Assembly (NCBI GenBank): GCA_046045965.1
Contig: JBJOKS010000009.1
Span: 1 to 64,000, forward strand
Length of the DNA stretch: 64,000 nt
Reading direction: 5' to 3'
Source: Cyanobacteriota bacterium
GTDB taxonomy: Bacteria > Cyanobacteriota > Cyanobacteriia > Cyanobacteriales > Nostocaceae
Shown: piece after piece, positions 18,429-29,284 of the stretch
How positions within the stretch are numbered: the first letter of the stretch is position 1
Layout of the letters: each line of letters opens with the position of its first letter
Notes under the pieces: generated by a model
The model's database searches: none
Seen by the model: only the letters and a program-made list of their open reading frames with translations
What the model was told of the DNA's origin: nothing
Position numbers and translations under genes: made by a program

Positions 18429-21008
18429 ATGCTTCATCCAGCTTTGCCACCTGACTCACCTCCTGTTCAAGAATATATAAAACCTGCTAATCATAACTCT
18501 TATGCTGCTGCTGTAGAGGATGAAATTGGAACGCAGGAACTGGAAAATCCAGGAAGTATTGAGACTGCTAATGATCTGGCAACTCCCACCAAGACCAATC
18601 ATAATGACTCGGTGGTTGCCAAAAGCTTATTTTCATATCCTGTTCCAGAAACTTTACCTCCCGAATTTTCCCCCCTGACTGCTTCTAGAAGTGCGGCAGT
18701 TTTAGGAAAACCCTTGGCGGTTAGTAGTTCTGTGCCGAAAAATAATGCTGATGCTGATTTAGGAAAGTCCTTGGTGGTTGGTTCTGTGCCGGAAATTGCT
18801 GATGCTGAGAACACATCACCCGCTCAATTTCCAGACATTTCTGGCGAAGTTGCCAATACAGATAACTTATGGTTGTCTGATTCACCAGTGATGCTCAAAA
18901 CATCAGTCCCAGTACAAAATAATAAAAATACTGTAAATTTATACAAATCTGGGGATAAAATTAATCTTTCTGGAGAGATAGAAACAGTTGAAAATATCCC
19001 CAGTTCTTTGCCAGTCCAAAATATTATTGAATTCAAGCCACGTAATTCCAATAACCAACCGGCAACTTCTACGACTGTAGAATTTCCGCCAAACCCAGAA
19101 CCAGTTTCACCCACAAATCAACCATCTGGGAATATTCCACAAGCAAGGCAACGAATTGTAGAGGTAATAGCTGATCGTCAGGAGTATGATGAGCAAAGGC
19201 GAATTGTCACGGCTGAAGGTAATGTGGTGGTAAGGTTTGATGGATCGGTGGTAGATGCGGATAGATTGCAAGTAAATTTGGATAATTTAATTGCTGTAGG
19301 GGAAGGTAATGTTGCTTTAACTAGGGGTGATCAGGTATTACGGGGGGAACGCTTTACTTATAATTTTATCCAAGATAGCGGGGATCTGGAAAATGGCAGA
19401 GGCGAAATTTACATCCCTTCAACTCAAACTGATTTTGCTTTTTCTCCCTCCCCAACTACAGATATTACCGCAGGTGGTGTACCCAGTCGCCCATTGAGCG
19501 ATCGCATTCGCGCTAATCAACCTATTACTGGTGTAGGCAGTCCCGGAGGTATTGATGTTACCATTGGTGGACAACCAAACGCGAGAAATATTCCCGCACC
19601 AAAAACAGGTGGTGTTGTTAAGCGGTTGCGATTTGAAGCCCAACGTATTGATTTTTATCCCCGTGGTTGGCAAGCTGAGGATGTGAGGATTACTAATGAT
19701 CCTTTTTCACCACCAGAATTAGAATTAAGAGCATCTAAAGTGACAGTGACGCGAGAAGCGCCTTTGGTAGATAGTATTACTACTGAGCGTCAACGTTTGG
19801 TATTTGACCAAAATGTTAGTATACCTATCCCTATTGATAACCAAAAAATTGACCGTCGGGAAAGGCAAGTGAATCCATTTATTGTCTCTCCAGGTTTTGA
19901 TAATGGTAGACGGGGTGGTTTGTTTGTGGAGCGCAATTTTACAGCGATAAATAATGATCAAACACGCTGGACTGTCACACCTCAATTTTTTGTACAGCAA
20001 GCTTTTGAAGACAGTAGTAATGTTGCAGATTTATTTGGTGTAAAAACTCAACTGAATACTGTTTTAGGTCCAAAAACTACAGTGGAAGGTAAGGGAGAAT
20101 TAACAAGTCTTGATGTCAATCAAATAGAAGATGAGTTACGAGGGAGTTTACGGTTACGTCAGGATTTGGGTGATGTAAATCCTCATACATTAAATCTAGA
20201 ATATAGCTACCGCGATCGCCTTTACAATGGTACTCTTGGTTTTCAAACTGTGCAGAGTAGTCTAGGTGGTGTGATCACTTCTCCGATCATTCCCCTGGGG
20301 AAAAGTGGTATTAATCTTAGTTATCAAGGAGGCGCTCAGTATATTAATGCTAATACAGATCGAGCAGATTTACTGGAGCCACAACGGGAAAATGACCGCA
20401 TTTCTTTAGGTCGTTTACAAGGTAGTGTTGCTCTTGGGACTGGTTTCTTGTTATGGCAGGGAAAACCATTACCACCAACTGCCACAGAAGGATTAAAATA
20501 TACAGCTAATCCTGTAGTACCTTACTTGCAAGCGATCGCAGGTGTGACTGGAACTACCAGCTATTACACCAGTGGCGATAATCAAAGTACCTTGATTGGT
20601 ACAATCGGGTTAATCGGGCAAATTGGTCATTTTTCTCGACCATTTTTGGATTATACAGCCTTTAATATTAGTTATTCCCAAGGCTTCAACAGTGGATTAT
20701 CACCATTTTTGTTTGATCGCTCTGTTGATAACAAAGTCCTGAGTGCTGGTATTTCACAGCAAATATATGGACCATTTCGCTTAGGCTTACAAACATCAGT
20801 TAACCTAGATACAGGTCAAGAAAGTAGCACAGATTATACTGTGGAATATAGCCGCCGCACCTATGGTATTACCTTGCGTTACAATCCAGTTTTGGAATTA
20901 GGTGGTTTTACTATCCGCATTAGTGACTTTAACTGGACCGGTGGCACTGATCCATTTTCTGGAGGGGAAGTTAAGCCAGTTGTAGGTGGTGTGCGACAAG
21001 ATAATTAG
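18429..21008 (+). CDS. DUF3769 / LptD(OstA)-like outer-membrane protein
   Basis: Low-complexity N-terminus, OstA-like segment (ADRQEYD...AEGNVVV...ADRLQVNL), ITNDPFSPPEL, and a beta-strand-rich C-terminus. Confidence 0.82.
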   Translation: MLHPALPPDSPPVQEYIKPANHNSYAAAVEDEIGTQELENPGSIETANDLATPTKTNHNDSVVAKSLFSYPVPETLPPEFSPLTASRSAAVLGKPLAVSSSVPKNNADADLGKSLVVGSVPEIADAENTSPAQFPDISGEVANTDNLWLSDSPVMLKTSVPVQNNKNTVNLYKSGDKINLSGEIETVENIPSSLPVQNIIEFKPRNSNNQPATSTTVEFPPNPEPVSPTNQPSGNIPQARQRIVEVIADRQEYDEQRRIVTAEGNVVVRFDGSVVDADRLQVNLDNLIAVGEGNVALTRGDQVLRGERFTYNFIQDSGDLENGRGEIYIPSTQTDFAFSPSPTTDITAGGVPSRPLSDRIRANQPITGVGSPGGIDVTIGGQPNARNIPAPKTGGVVKRLRFEAQRIDFYPRGWQAEDVRITNDPFSPPELELRASKVTVTREAPLVDSITTERQRLVFDQNVSIPIPIDNQKIDRRERQVNPFIVSPGFDNGRRGGLFVERNFTAINNDQTRWTVTPQFFVQQAFEDSSNVADLFGVKTQLNTVLGPKTTVEGKGELTSLDVNQIEDELRGSLRLRQDLGDVNPHTLNLEYSYRDRLYNGTLGFQTVQSSLGGVITSPIIPLGKSGINLSYQGGAQYINANTDRADLLEPQRENDRISLGRLQGSVALGTGFLLWQGKPLPPTATEGLKYTANPVVPYLQAIAGVTGTTSYYTSGDNQSTLIGTIGLIGQIGHFSRPFLDYTAFNISYSQGFNSGLSPFLFDRSVDNKVLSAGISQQIYGPFRLGLQTSVNLDTGQESSTDYTVEYSRRTYGITLRYNPVLELGGFTIRISDFNWTGGTDPFSGGEVKPVVGGVRQDN

Positions 21009-21088
21009 GTGACAGGTGACAGGTGACAAGTGACAGGGAACAGGGAGCAGGGAACAGATAATAATTGTCAACTAATGACTAATGACTA
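21008..21088. repeat. STRR repeats (GGTGACA)n, (GGGAACA)n and (ACTAATG)n
   Basis: Seen directly between convergent genes. Confidence 0.85.
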
Positions 21089-22579
21089 AAGATTTAAAGG
21101 TAAAGTAACAGTAAATGTTGTGCCTAAACCAAGTTGACTGTTGATTGCAATTTTCCCATTATGGGCATCAACACACTTTTTCACAATTACTAAACCTAAT
21201 CCGTTACCATGAATTGATTGCACATTTGAAGCTCGATAAAAAGAATCAAAAATGCGATTTTGATCTGCGGTGGGAATACCGATTCCTTGATCTTGAACCT
21301 GGAAAATTGCTACTCCATCTGCTAAATTACAATTGAGTTCAAACTTAATTTCAGTACCGGGATGAGAATACTTAGCGGCGTTAGAAAGTAAATTTCTGAA
21401 TAAATAATGTAATAGTTTTTCATCCATTATTGCATCGGTATTCTGACTATGACAAGTAAAAACAATTTGATGATTGCTATTTTTAATCAGAGAAAATTCT
21501 TCAATTAGCTCTCGACAAAATTGCTCTAACTTAATTGATGCTGGACTATAAACTAGATATCCTGCTTCAGCTTTACCCATGAAAAGGACATCTTCCATGA
21601 GTTTTTCCATTGATTGTACAGCACCATAAATTCGAGTTAAATAGGTGTTTCTTTTGGCTTCTGTTAACTTAGTTCCTTGAATATCTATGAGTTCTACTGC
21701 TGTTTGAATCATCGCCAAAGGATTACGAAATTCATGGGAAACAGTGGAGATAAATAAAGATTTAAGACGATTTAATTCTTGCTCTTTTTTCAAAGCTTGC
21801 TCTAGATCCTCTTTTTGACGGCGTTCGCTGAGATCCCAAAAAACCACTACAGCACCGCTAATTTCATTGGGTCCTAGTCGTAATGGTGAAGCACTATCAC
21901 CTATTGGTATTCTTCTACCATCTTTGGTAATTAAAGATGTAAATTCTTCTAAATAAATAACCTGTTTTTCCCGCAACACTTTAGCCACAGGGTTTTCTAT
22001 TACCTGCTCTGTGGTTTCATCAATAATATACAGGATTTCTGATACATCTTTTCCTAAAGCTTCTGCTTGCTGCCAGCCAGTTATTTTCTCGGCTGCGGGA
22101 TTCATAAATGTGACTATTCCCTGCTTATTTGTAGAAATTACAGCATCACTCATGCAGTTTAACAGGGTTGCTAATTGATCTCGATTTTCTCTTAATTCAC
22201 GTTCTAATTTATGTTGTGATAGACCTATTTCAACGGATATGCGTAAATCTTTAATAGTAAATGGTTTAACCACATAACCGAAGGGGTGGGTAATTTTAGC
22301 ACGTTCTAAAGTATGCTCATCGCCATAAGCTGTGAGAAAAATCACAGGTATATCTAACTGCCGACGAATTTCACTAGCAGCAGTAATTCCATCCATTTCA
22401 CCTTTGAGGATAATATCCATTAAGACTAATTCTGGTTTAGTATCTAACGCCTTAGTAATGGCAGTTTTTCCAGAAGAAGCTGTACCCGTAACAATGTACC
22501 CTAATTGATGTAATTGACTCGCAATAGTTCTAGCTACAATTACTTCATCTTCAACCACTAAAATTTTAGCTTGCCCCAT
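21086..22579 (-). CDS. Hybrid kinase: REC, PAS, HisKA, HATPase
   Basis: ILVVEDE, LMDIIL, VVKPF; PAS (FMNPAAEKITGW); SHEFRNPL; NLLSNAAKY; GNGLGL. Confidence 0.9.
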   Translation of the reverse strand: MGQAKILVVEDEVIVARTIASQLHQLGYIVTGTASSGKTAITKALDTKPELVLMDIILKGEMDGITAASEIRRQLDIPVIFLTAYGDEHTLERAKITHPFGYVVKPFTIKDLRISVEIGLSQHKLERELRENRDQLATLLNCMSDAVISTNKQGIVTFMNPAAEKITGWQQAEALGKDVSEILYIIDETTEQVIENPVAKVLREKQVIYLEEFTSLITKDGRRIPIGDSASPLRLGPNEISGAVVVFWDLSERRQKEDLEQALKKEQELNRLKSLFISTVSHEFRNPLAMIQTAVELIDIQGTKLTEAKRNTYLTRIYGAVQSMEKLMEDVLFMGKAEAGYLVYSPASIKLEQFCRELIEEFSLIKNSNHQIVFTCHSQNTDAIMDEKLLHYLFRNLLSNAAKYSHPGTEIKFELNCNLADGVAIFQVQDQGIGIPTADQNRIFDSFYRASNVQSIHGNGLGLVIVKKCVDAHNGKIAINSQLGLGTTFTVTLPLNL

Positions 22580-24698
22580 TTGCTATTGAGTTGTGCAGAG
22601 TTAACTGTGGAAATTGAATGTGAAATGATGTTCCTTGATTACGTTCTACCGTAATATTACCCTCTAATTGTTCCGTCACCAAGTCATAAACTAAGGAAAG
22701 ACCTAAAGAATTAGTATTTCTCCAATCTAAACCATCTGGCAACCCTATACCATTATCTTGAACAGTCATTTCAATATTATTATTGCTATTATGTAAACTA
22801 ATATGAATCTCTCCCTTTTGGTTATTAGGAAAAGCGTGCTTGATAGCATTAGATGTGAGTTCATTAATCACTAATCCACAGGCAATAGCTTCATCAACAT
22901 TTAAACTAACGGAATCTATATTAGTGCGGAGATTAATTGTTCCAGGAACTATCTGATAGGAAATGAGCAGACCAGTAGATAGATTATTAATATATTCAAC
23001 AATATCAAGTTGCCCAATATTAGGAGAAGTATATAAGTTTTTGTGAATCAGAGATATTGACTCAATGCGATTTTGGCTTTCGCGGATAGCTCTAATAATT
23101 TCCGGATCTTTGAGTGTTTGAGCTTGGAGTTGCAACAAACTAGAAACTATTTGTAGATTATTTTTAACTCGATGATGAACTTCTTTTAAGAGGACTTCTT
23201 TTTCAGCTAATGCACTTCTGAGTTTTATTTCTGCTTTTTGTCGGTGAGCAAGTTCAATTTGAGCTTGTTCAAATATGCTAGATTGTTGAATAGCGATCGC
23301 AATTTGTACGGTTAGTTGCTCAAGTAAATCTAATTGATTTTCTTCCCAATTCCGGGGTGTTGAACATTGGTGAGCAATGAGTAAACCCCACAAACAAGAA
23401 ACAGAATTTTCTCCACTTTTTTCTATGAGAATTGGCACAATTAAGTTAGCTTTAACTTCAAATCTTTCCAATAATTTCAGATGACAATCTGTAAGTCCTG
23501 CGGTATAAATATTAGAAATGGCTCGTTTACGTCCTTGATGATACTCTAATCCTGCACCTAATTGAAAACAAGTATCTTCAATTTCTGCACCTAAAGAAAC
23601 TGTCCATCCTGGTGTTACAGCTTCTGCCATAATTTTACCACTCATATCTGATGCAAACTGATAGACTACAACTCTATCAACCTGCAACAAATCTTGTACT
23701 TCTTTAACGGTTGCATTGAGAATATCTTGGAGATTTAGAGATTGACGAATACGCTGAGAAACAGTCCGCATTAATTGTTCCCGTTCTGCTTGCATTTTAA
23801 ATGCTTGTTCAGTTTTTTTGCGTGTTGTAATATCCTGACCAATACCAAGATTTTGACCATTGGAAAGTCTGATATTAGTCCAAGATGTATCCAGTATACT
23901 ACCATCTTTTAGCTGACATTTAAAGTCATGCCAAATTGGTTGTACAGACTGCATAAAATCAATCACTCTTTGACGATATTCGGGTTCAGGATATAATTCT
24001 GCAAAAACATTTTGAGTTTGGAATTCTTGCAAACTCCAGCCTAAATTTTCCTCTAAATTATTGTTCACCCACTGCACTTGACCATTTACATCACTCAGCG
24101 CAATCATTAAAGGAATACTTTGAAATACGCTGTGTAAAAAATCATTTTGTTCCTGTAGCTGATTTTCAATATTTTTGCGTCTATCCCTATCTCTAATTCT
24201 GTTATTATCAGCAAGTTTTTGTAAATGTAAATCTAAATAATTAATTAGTTGTTTTGCTATACCTTTTAAGGCTTTCTGCTCTTTAATGCTCAAATTGCGT
24301 GGTACAAAATCCATCACACTCAAACAACCTAAACTAAATCCACTGGAATTAATTAAAGGAACTCCTGCATAAAATCGAAAATTGGGATCTGATGTCACAA
24401 GATGATGATCACTAAATCTTTGATCCTGCAATGTATCGGGAATAATAAAAATTTGATTTTCCAGAATAGTATGACTACCAAAAGCCAAATTTCGTGGAAT
24501 TTCTGTGATAGTGATCCCAATTTTTGACTTGAACCATTCCCTGTTAGCATCAACTAAACTAATTAAAGCAACTGGTGTTTCACAAAAGTCCGCAGCTAGT
24601 TGAGCTAAATCATCAAAAATGTCTTCAGATGGTGTGTCTAAAATTTGATATTCATATAGTATTTTTAGCCTTTCGCGTTCATTATGAGGTAATTGCAT
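22566..24698 (-). CDS. Sensor kinase: GAF, PAS, DXCF-type cyanobacteriochrome GAF, HisKA_2, HATPase
   Basis: The second GAF has EDTCF...TDCH. HisKA_2 H-box EVHHRVKNNLQ, plus NELTSNAIKHAF and SLGL. Overlaps the downstream gene by 14 nt. Confidence 0.9.
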   Translation of the reverse strand: MQLPHNERERLKILYEYQILDTPSEDIFDDLAQLAADFCETPVALISLVDANREWFKSKIGITITEIPRNLAFGSHTILENQIFIIPDTLQDQRFSDHHLVTSDPNFRFYAGVPLINSSGFSLGCLSVMDFVPRNLSIKEQKALKGIAKQLINYLDLHLQKLADNNRIRDRDRRKNIENQLQEQNDFLHSVFQSIPLMIALSDVNGQVQWVNNNLEENLGWSLQEFQTQNVFAELYPEPEYRQRVIDFMQSVQPIWHDFKCQLKDGSILDTSWTNIRLSNGQNLGIGQDITTRKKTEQAFKMQAEREQLMRTVSQRIRQSLNLQDILNATVKEVQDLLQVDRVVVYQFASDMSGKIMAEAVTPGWTVSLGAEIEDTCFQLGAGLEYHQGRKRAISNIYTAGLTDCHLKLLERFEVKANLIVPILIEKSGENSVSCLWGLLIAHQCSTPRNWEENQLDLLEQLTVQIAIAIQQSSIFEQAQIELAHRQKAEIKLRSALAEKEVLLKEVHHRVKNNLQIVSSLLQLQAQTLKDPEIIRAIRESQNRIESISLIHKNLYTSPNIGQLDIVEYINNLSTGLLISYQIVPGTINLRTNIDSVSLNVDEAIACGLVINELTSNAIKHAFPNNQKGEIHISLHNSNNNIEMTVQDNGIGLPDGLDWRNTNSLGLSLVYDLVTEQLEGNITVERNQGTSFHIQFPQLTLHNSIANGAS

Positions 24699-25027
24699 CT
24701 TTGATTGTATTAATAGTGTTTTGTAAACCCATTCTGAAGAAATAATTAAGTTTTTCGGTAATCTCTGAAATTGAGATTGACACTTGTCTATCTTTTATGC
24801 AGAAAATTTATAAGTATGTAAATAACTGCTTTAAGTTGTTCAAGAATAGATGCCAAAGACCATAAAATATATTTTTCCCATTTTTCAGCGACTGTAGACA
24901 GTATTTGCAACAAATTGTTAAATAATGTCCAAATTACTTTTTGGGGAGAATGTTAAAAAGAAAGCTGTAAATGTTAGCACTTTCTGAAAATTTGAAGTTT
25001 AACTTGATTTAAATTTAATTTAAATTA

Positions 25028-26620
25028 ATGCAATTACACACTGATTCACCACTGAAACGTCGGCAATTTTTAATACAAACTGCTATAACTGCTGCTGGTA
25101 TAGTAGGGACAAACCTCTGGTCAAAATCGGGTTTAGCACAGACACCAGCGTTGATCACATTAGACAAAAATCGTCCCAGCATACCCTATGGTGTTGCTAG
25201 TGGGGATATTAACAGCAATAGCGCGGTTATTTGGAGCCGCAGTAATCGCCCATCTCGAATGATTATAGAATATGCTACTAACGATAATTTCCGCAATAGT
25301 CGCCGAATTATTGGACAAGTTGCTACGGAAAATACTGATTTTACAGCCCGAACTTATTTAAGTAATTTACCACATGAGCAAGATATTTTTTACCGAGTCA
25401 GTTTCCAAGATATAGCGGATACGAACATTTATAGCGCACCCGTGATGGGACATTTGAAAACTGCACCCCAAGGAAAGGGAAAAGATATATTGTTTGCTTG
25501 GTCTGGAGATACAGCAGGTCAAGGTTGGGGAATTAATGCTGAATGGGGAGGTATGAAAATTTACGAATCTATTAGAAAACTGAATCCTGATTTTTTCATT
25601 CATTCAGGTGATTATATTTACGCTGACAATCCCATTAAATCGGAAGTAATGCTAGATGATGGTAGTATCTGGAAAAACATCACCACAGAGGAAAAATCCA
25701 AAGTTGCAGAAACACTCAAAGAATTTCGCGGTAACTATATTTACAATCTTTTAGATGAAAATGTACGTCGTTTTAATGCTCAAATTCCCCAATTAGTACA
25801 ATGGGATGATCACGAAGTTGTCAATAATTGGTATCCAGGGCAAATATTAGATGATGAAAGATACAAAATTAAGGATGTTAATTTGTTAGCATCGAGGGCA
25901 AGACAAGCATTTTTAGAATATACACCTATTCGGTTTGATCGTCAAGATCCAAAACGCATTTATCGTAATTTTAATTATGGTGAATTACTAGAAATTTTCA
26001 TGTTGGATAAACGCAGTTATCGTGGTAAAAATTCGCCTAATAATCAAACTGTGTCAAGTGCGGAAACTGCGTTTTTAGGTAATTCCCAAATACGTTGGTT
26101 AAAGAGTCAGTTAAAAAACTCAAAAGCTACTTGGAAAGTAATAGCTAGTGATATGCCAATTGGTTTAATAGTACGTGATGGTAAAACCAATTTTGAAAAT
26201 GCTGCTAATGGGGATGGAAAACCATTAGGAAGAGAATTAGAAATAGCTGATTTATTGCGGTTTATTAAACAGCATAATATTAAAAATGTGGTTTGGTTAA
26301 CAGCAGATGTACATTATGCAGCAGCCCATTATTATGATCCGAATAAGGCACAGTTTACAGACTTTAAACCTTTTTGGGAATTTGTCGCTGGTCCTCTGAA
26401 TGCTGGCAATTTTGGACCCAACCAATTAGATAATACTTTTGGTCCAGAGGTGAGGTTTAAAACTGCATCACCTGAGATTAAATTAAATCAACCACCAAGT
26501 TCAGGATTACAGTTTTTTGGGACTGTGAAAATTGATGGAAAAACAGAGGTTTTAACTGTGAGTTTTCATAATTTGGAGGGTAAGAAAATCTATGATGTAG
26601 ATTTACAACCAGAGGTTTAG
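25028..26620 (+). CDS. phoD: Alkaline phosphatase D with Tat signal
   Basis: KRRQFL twin-arginine motif, YGVASGD, HSGDYIYAD, WDDHEV and LTADVHY. Confidence 0.92.
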   Translation: MQLHTDSPLKRRQFLIQTAITAAGIVGTNLWSKSGLAQTPALITLDKNRPSIPYGVASGDINSNSAVIWSRSNRPSRMIIEYATNDNFRNSRRIIGQVATENTDFTARTYLSNLPHEQDIFYRVSFQDIADTNIYSAPVMGHLKTAPQGKGKDILFAWSGDTAGQGWGINAEWGGMKIYESIRKLNPDFFIHSGDYIYADNPIKSEVMLDDGSIWKNITTEEKSKVAETLKEFRGNYIYNLLDENVRRFNAQIPQLVQWDDHEVVNNWYPGQILDDERYKIKDVNLLASRARQAFLEYTPIRFDRQDPKRIYRNFNYGELLEIFMLDKRSYRGKNSPNNQTVSSAETAFLGNSQIRWLKSQLKNSKATWKVIASDMPIGLIVRDGKTNFENAANGDGKPLGRELEIADLLRFIKQHNIKNVVWLTADVHYAAAHYYDPNKAQFTDFKPFWEFVAGPLNAGNFGPNQLDNTFGPEVRFKTASPEIKLNQPPSSGLQFFGTVKIDGKTEVLTVSFHNLEGKKIYDVDLQPEV

Positions 26621-26630
26621 ATTCTGATGT

Positions 26631-26680
26631 GAGGCAGAGCGTCTATGATAACATTCCCAGTTATAAACTGGGAACGAGAT
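26631..26680. repeat. Hairpin-containing dispersed repeat ending CTGGGAACGAGAT; may also terminate phoD
   Basis: TTCCCAGTT-ATA-AACTGGGAA stem. The same ACTGGGAACGAGAT end recurs at 46007-46020. Confidence 0.6.
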
Positions 26681-26747
26681 AATGAGAAAATGAGATAAGA
26701 TTATTTCTTTGCTACACTAAAAAAAACACCACGAGCGCGGGGGTAAT

Positions 26748-27470
26748 ATGACCTCTACCACAAATCTTCCCACATCTGGAATGACTCTTCCAGATCATAC
26801 TCAACTTCCAGAGTCAGATGGTACATTTGTGAAGAATTTTCAGGAACATCCTCAAAGCATTCTACTAACAGAATCTATTAAACCAGTATTGCAAAAAGTT
26901 CATCCTGACGGACAATATTGTATAGGTCAAGATAGTGGGATTTACTGGCGTATTACCGACCCTCCAGAACGAGGAGCAGAAGCACCAGATTGGTTTTATG
27001 TGCCGAATGTACCACCTAGTCTAAATGGTCAAATGCGCCATTCTTATGTACTTTGGCAAGAGTATATTTCTCCATTAATTGTTTTAGAGTTTGTGTCTGG
27101 GAATGGTGAAGAAGAACGGGATCAAACACCGTGGAAAGGGAAATTTTGGATTTATGAACAGGTGATACATCCAGCTTTTTATGGTATTTATGAAGTGAAT
27201 AAAGCCAGTGTAGAAGTTTATCATTTAGTTGAAAATAAATACCAATTATTACCAGCCAATGAACGGGGACATTTTCCGATTTCAGCTTTGGGTGTTGAGT
27301 TAGGAATTTGGCAAGGTGAATATCAAAATGTAGATTTACCTTGGTTACGTTGGTGGGATTTAGATGGTAATTTGTTGTTAAGTGGAGAAGAACGTGCGGA
27401 ACGGGAACGCCTAAAAAATGAACGTTTAATTGCTCAATTGCGTGCTTTAGGTATTGAACCAGAAGTATAG
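26748..27470 (+). CDS. Uma2 (DUF820) family PD-(D/E)XK endonuclease-like protein
   Basis: LPESDG, APDWFYV, LIVLEFVS and WLRWWD...ERAERER. Confidence 0.88.
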   Translation: MTSTTNLPTSGMTLPDHTQLPESDGTFVKNFQEHPQSILLTESIKPVLQKVHPDGQYCIGQDSGIYWRITDPPERGAEAPDWFYVPNVPPSLNGQMRHSYVLWQEYISPLIVLEFVSGNGEEERDQTPWKGKFWIYEQVIHPAFYGIYEVNKASVEVYHLVENKYQLLPANERGHFPISALGVELGIWQGEYQNVDLPWLRWWDLDGNLLLSGEERAERERLKNERLIAQLRALGIEPEV

Positions 27471-27471
27471 C

Positions 27472-27574
27472 TGGGGACTGAGGACTGGGGACTGGGGACT
27501 GGGAAATAAGTGGTAATTCTTCCTTCCTGCCTCCTGCCTCCTGCCTCCTGCCTCCTGCCTCCTGCCTCCTGCCT
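27472..27574. repeat. STRR repeats (GGGGACT)4 and (CCTGCCT)7
   Basis: Seen directly between convergent genes. Confidence 0.92.
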
Positions 27575-27582
27575 CTTGACAA

Positions 27583-29115
27583 CTACCTTGGTCTTCCCAA
27601 TGTCGTGATATAGAGAACAGCTTCATCAGCAGGAATACCCAAAACATCATTGACTTGATCATCAAAGAAGCCACCAATACCACTCACCCCTAAATTCAAA
27701 CGGATGGCTGCTAAATTCAGTCTTTGTCCTAAATGACCAGCATCAAGATGTAAATAACGGTAAACTCTGTCCCCATATTGTTCTATAGCTGTTTTCAAAT
27801 CGGCAGTATGAAATATCACCGCTCCTGCATCTCTTCCTAATTCCTGTCCCAAACAGAGAAAATGTAACTCACGGCGAAAATTTTTAAAGCGAATTTGTCT
27901 TAATTCCTGAGCTTTAGGAGCATAATAATAGCAACCTGAATCAAGTCCTTTGACACCAGAAACAGCAATAAATGTTTCAATTAAATTCAGATCAAAGTAA
28001 TCAGGAGCAGTATCTAAATTTTGGTCAAGATAATTTTGTGATTGGTAGGTAAAATCGAGTAAAGCTTTAAGTTCATCAAACGTTAAATCATCGCCACTAT
28101 AAGCACGAGTAGAACGACGTTTATAGATAGTATTTTCTAAATCTGCAAGATTTTTACCCCAGTCAATTGGTGTAGTAACAGTAGAAATTTTGTCACAAAA
28201 AGGAAAATTATATTTATCCTCTAAAGTGGTTTCTGGTTTTGTGACTGTTAAATTCTTTTTACCTGTTTCATCTGATTTAATTTGAGTATGAAAATGAAAA
28301 TATTTTAAGAGTTCGCCATCAGGAATTGAGGGATAATTAGTGTCAGTAGCAGAAGGTAAAGCAGTTTTTCCCAAAGGCAAATTTTGTTTAACATCTAATA
28401 AATCTGCCAAAGCCATCACCACAGTAGCACCTTCTTGTTCTGGATCAATATAAAGTAGATCATTGACAGCTTCATCTACAAAACCACCGATTAAATGAGG
28501 ACGATAATCAGTAATTGCACTAGCTAACTCAATGTTACCTAAAAGATGTCCTGTATCGAGAAAAATCCGCCGATAAGCTCGATCTTCATAACGCCATGCA
28601 GAACGATAAAAAACCGCAGTAGTAATAATAGCTAGTTGCGTACTTTCTAAACTAGGATGCCATAAACAAGCTGCTTGCAAAGCTGTCCAAACATCATTTT
28701 CCCAAAACTGCATCAGGGAATGAGTCCGACATTGATAATTGTAGAGTCCAGCAGGTAACAACGGTGTACCACGGGAAACTAGATATACTTCAGATGGGTA
28801 TAAACCTCCAGCACTGGGAGCAGAGCGCAAATATACAGCACTACCCAGAGAAGGCATTTTCGCAGTTAGTCCATAGCTGTGAAATAGCAGTTGCGAAAGT
28901 CTCTGCCACCATTTACCATCTGGGTTATGAACAAAACTCTCTGGTTTTTCTTGCAGATAGGGTTTAAGGTCAAAATCAGAGCCAATTTTGTACTCTTTAA
29001 AAGGTACTGGTTGTTTAGCCCAGTCTAGCTGCTGACTTTTAGAGGCCAACGTCTCAGGGTCGTATTTAGTACGCTCGTGGTAATGCTGGGCAATTGATTG
29101 GTGTATTTCTGGCAT
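27583..29115 (-). CDS. SagB/ThcOx-type FMN-dependent dehydrogenase (double nitroreductase fold)
   Basis: RSAPSAGGLYP, RRSTRAY and YLHLDAGHLGQRL. The real start is probably ATG 29115 because the upstream extension reads through STRR. Confidence 0.85.
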   Translation of the reverse strand: MPEIHQSIAQHYHERTKYDPETLASKSQQLDWAKQPVPFKEYKIGSDFDLKPYLQEKPESFVHNPDGKWWQRLSQLLFHSYGLTAKMPSLGSAVYLRSAPSAGGLYPSEVYLVSRGTPLLPAGLYNYQCRTHSLMQFWENDVWTALQAACLWHPSLESTQLAIITTAVFYRSAWRYEDRAYRRIFLDTGHLLGNIELASAITDYRPHLIGGFVDEAVNDLLYIDPEQEGATVVMALADLLDVKQNLPLGKTALPSATDTNYPSIPDGELLKYFHFHTQIKSDETGKKNLTVTKPETTLEDKYNFPFCDKISTVTTPIDWGKNLADLENTIYKRRSTRAYSGDDLTFDELKALLDFTYQSQNYLDQNLDTAPDYFDLNLIETFIAVSGVKGLDSGCYYYAPKAQELRQIRFKNFRRELHFLCLGQELGRDAGAVIFHTADLKTAIEQYGDRVYRYLHLDAGHLGQRLNLAAIRLNLGVSGIGGFFDDQVNDVLGIPADEAVLYITTLGRPR

Positions 29116-29210
29116 AGTATTTTTAATATCCTCAAGGAGTTCTGTTTTTTGATCTTGACATTCATCTACCTTATTATTTCGTGTTAGTGAGTACAATCTT
29201 TGGAAGAGTT

Positions 29211-29284
29211 GGGGACTGGGGAGCAGGGGACTGGGGACTGGGAATAAGGAGAAGAAAGTTTTACCAATTACCAATTACCAATTA
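29211..29284. repeat. STRR repeats (GGGGACT)n and (TTACCAA)n
   Basis: Seen directly. Confidence 0.85.

Noticed and set aside
24996..25027. Possible Pho (SphR) box upstream of phoD
   Set aside because: TTAA units are present, but the spacing is irregular (10, 6, 5, 5), the region is very AT-rich and it abuts the start codon.
27016..27683. Minus-strand ORFs containing RRQEAGG repeats
   Set aside because: These are translations of the (CCTGCCT)n STRR, overlapping real genes.
29116..29274. 53-aa N-terminal extension of the SagB-type ORF
   Set aside because: It reads through STRR (FPVPSPLLPSPQ); the true start is likely ATG 29115.
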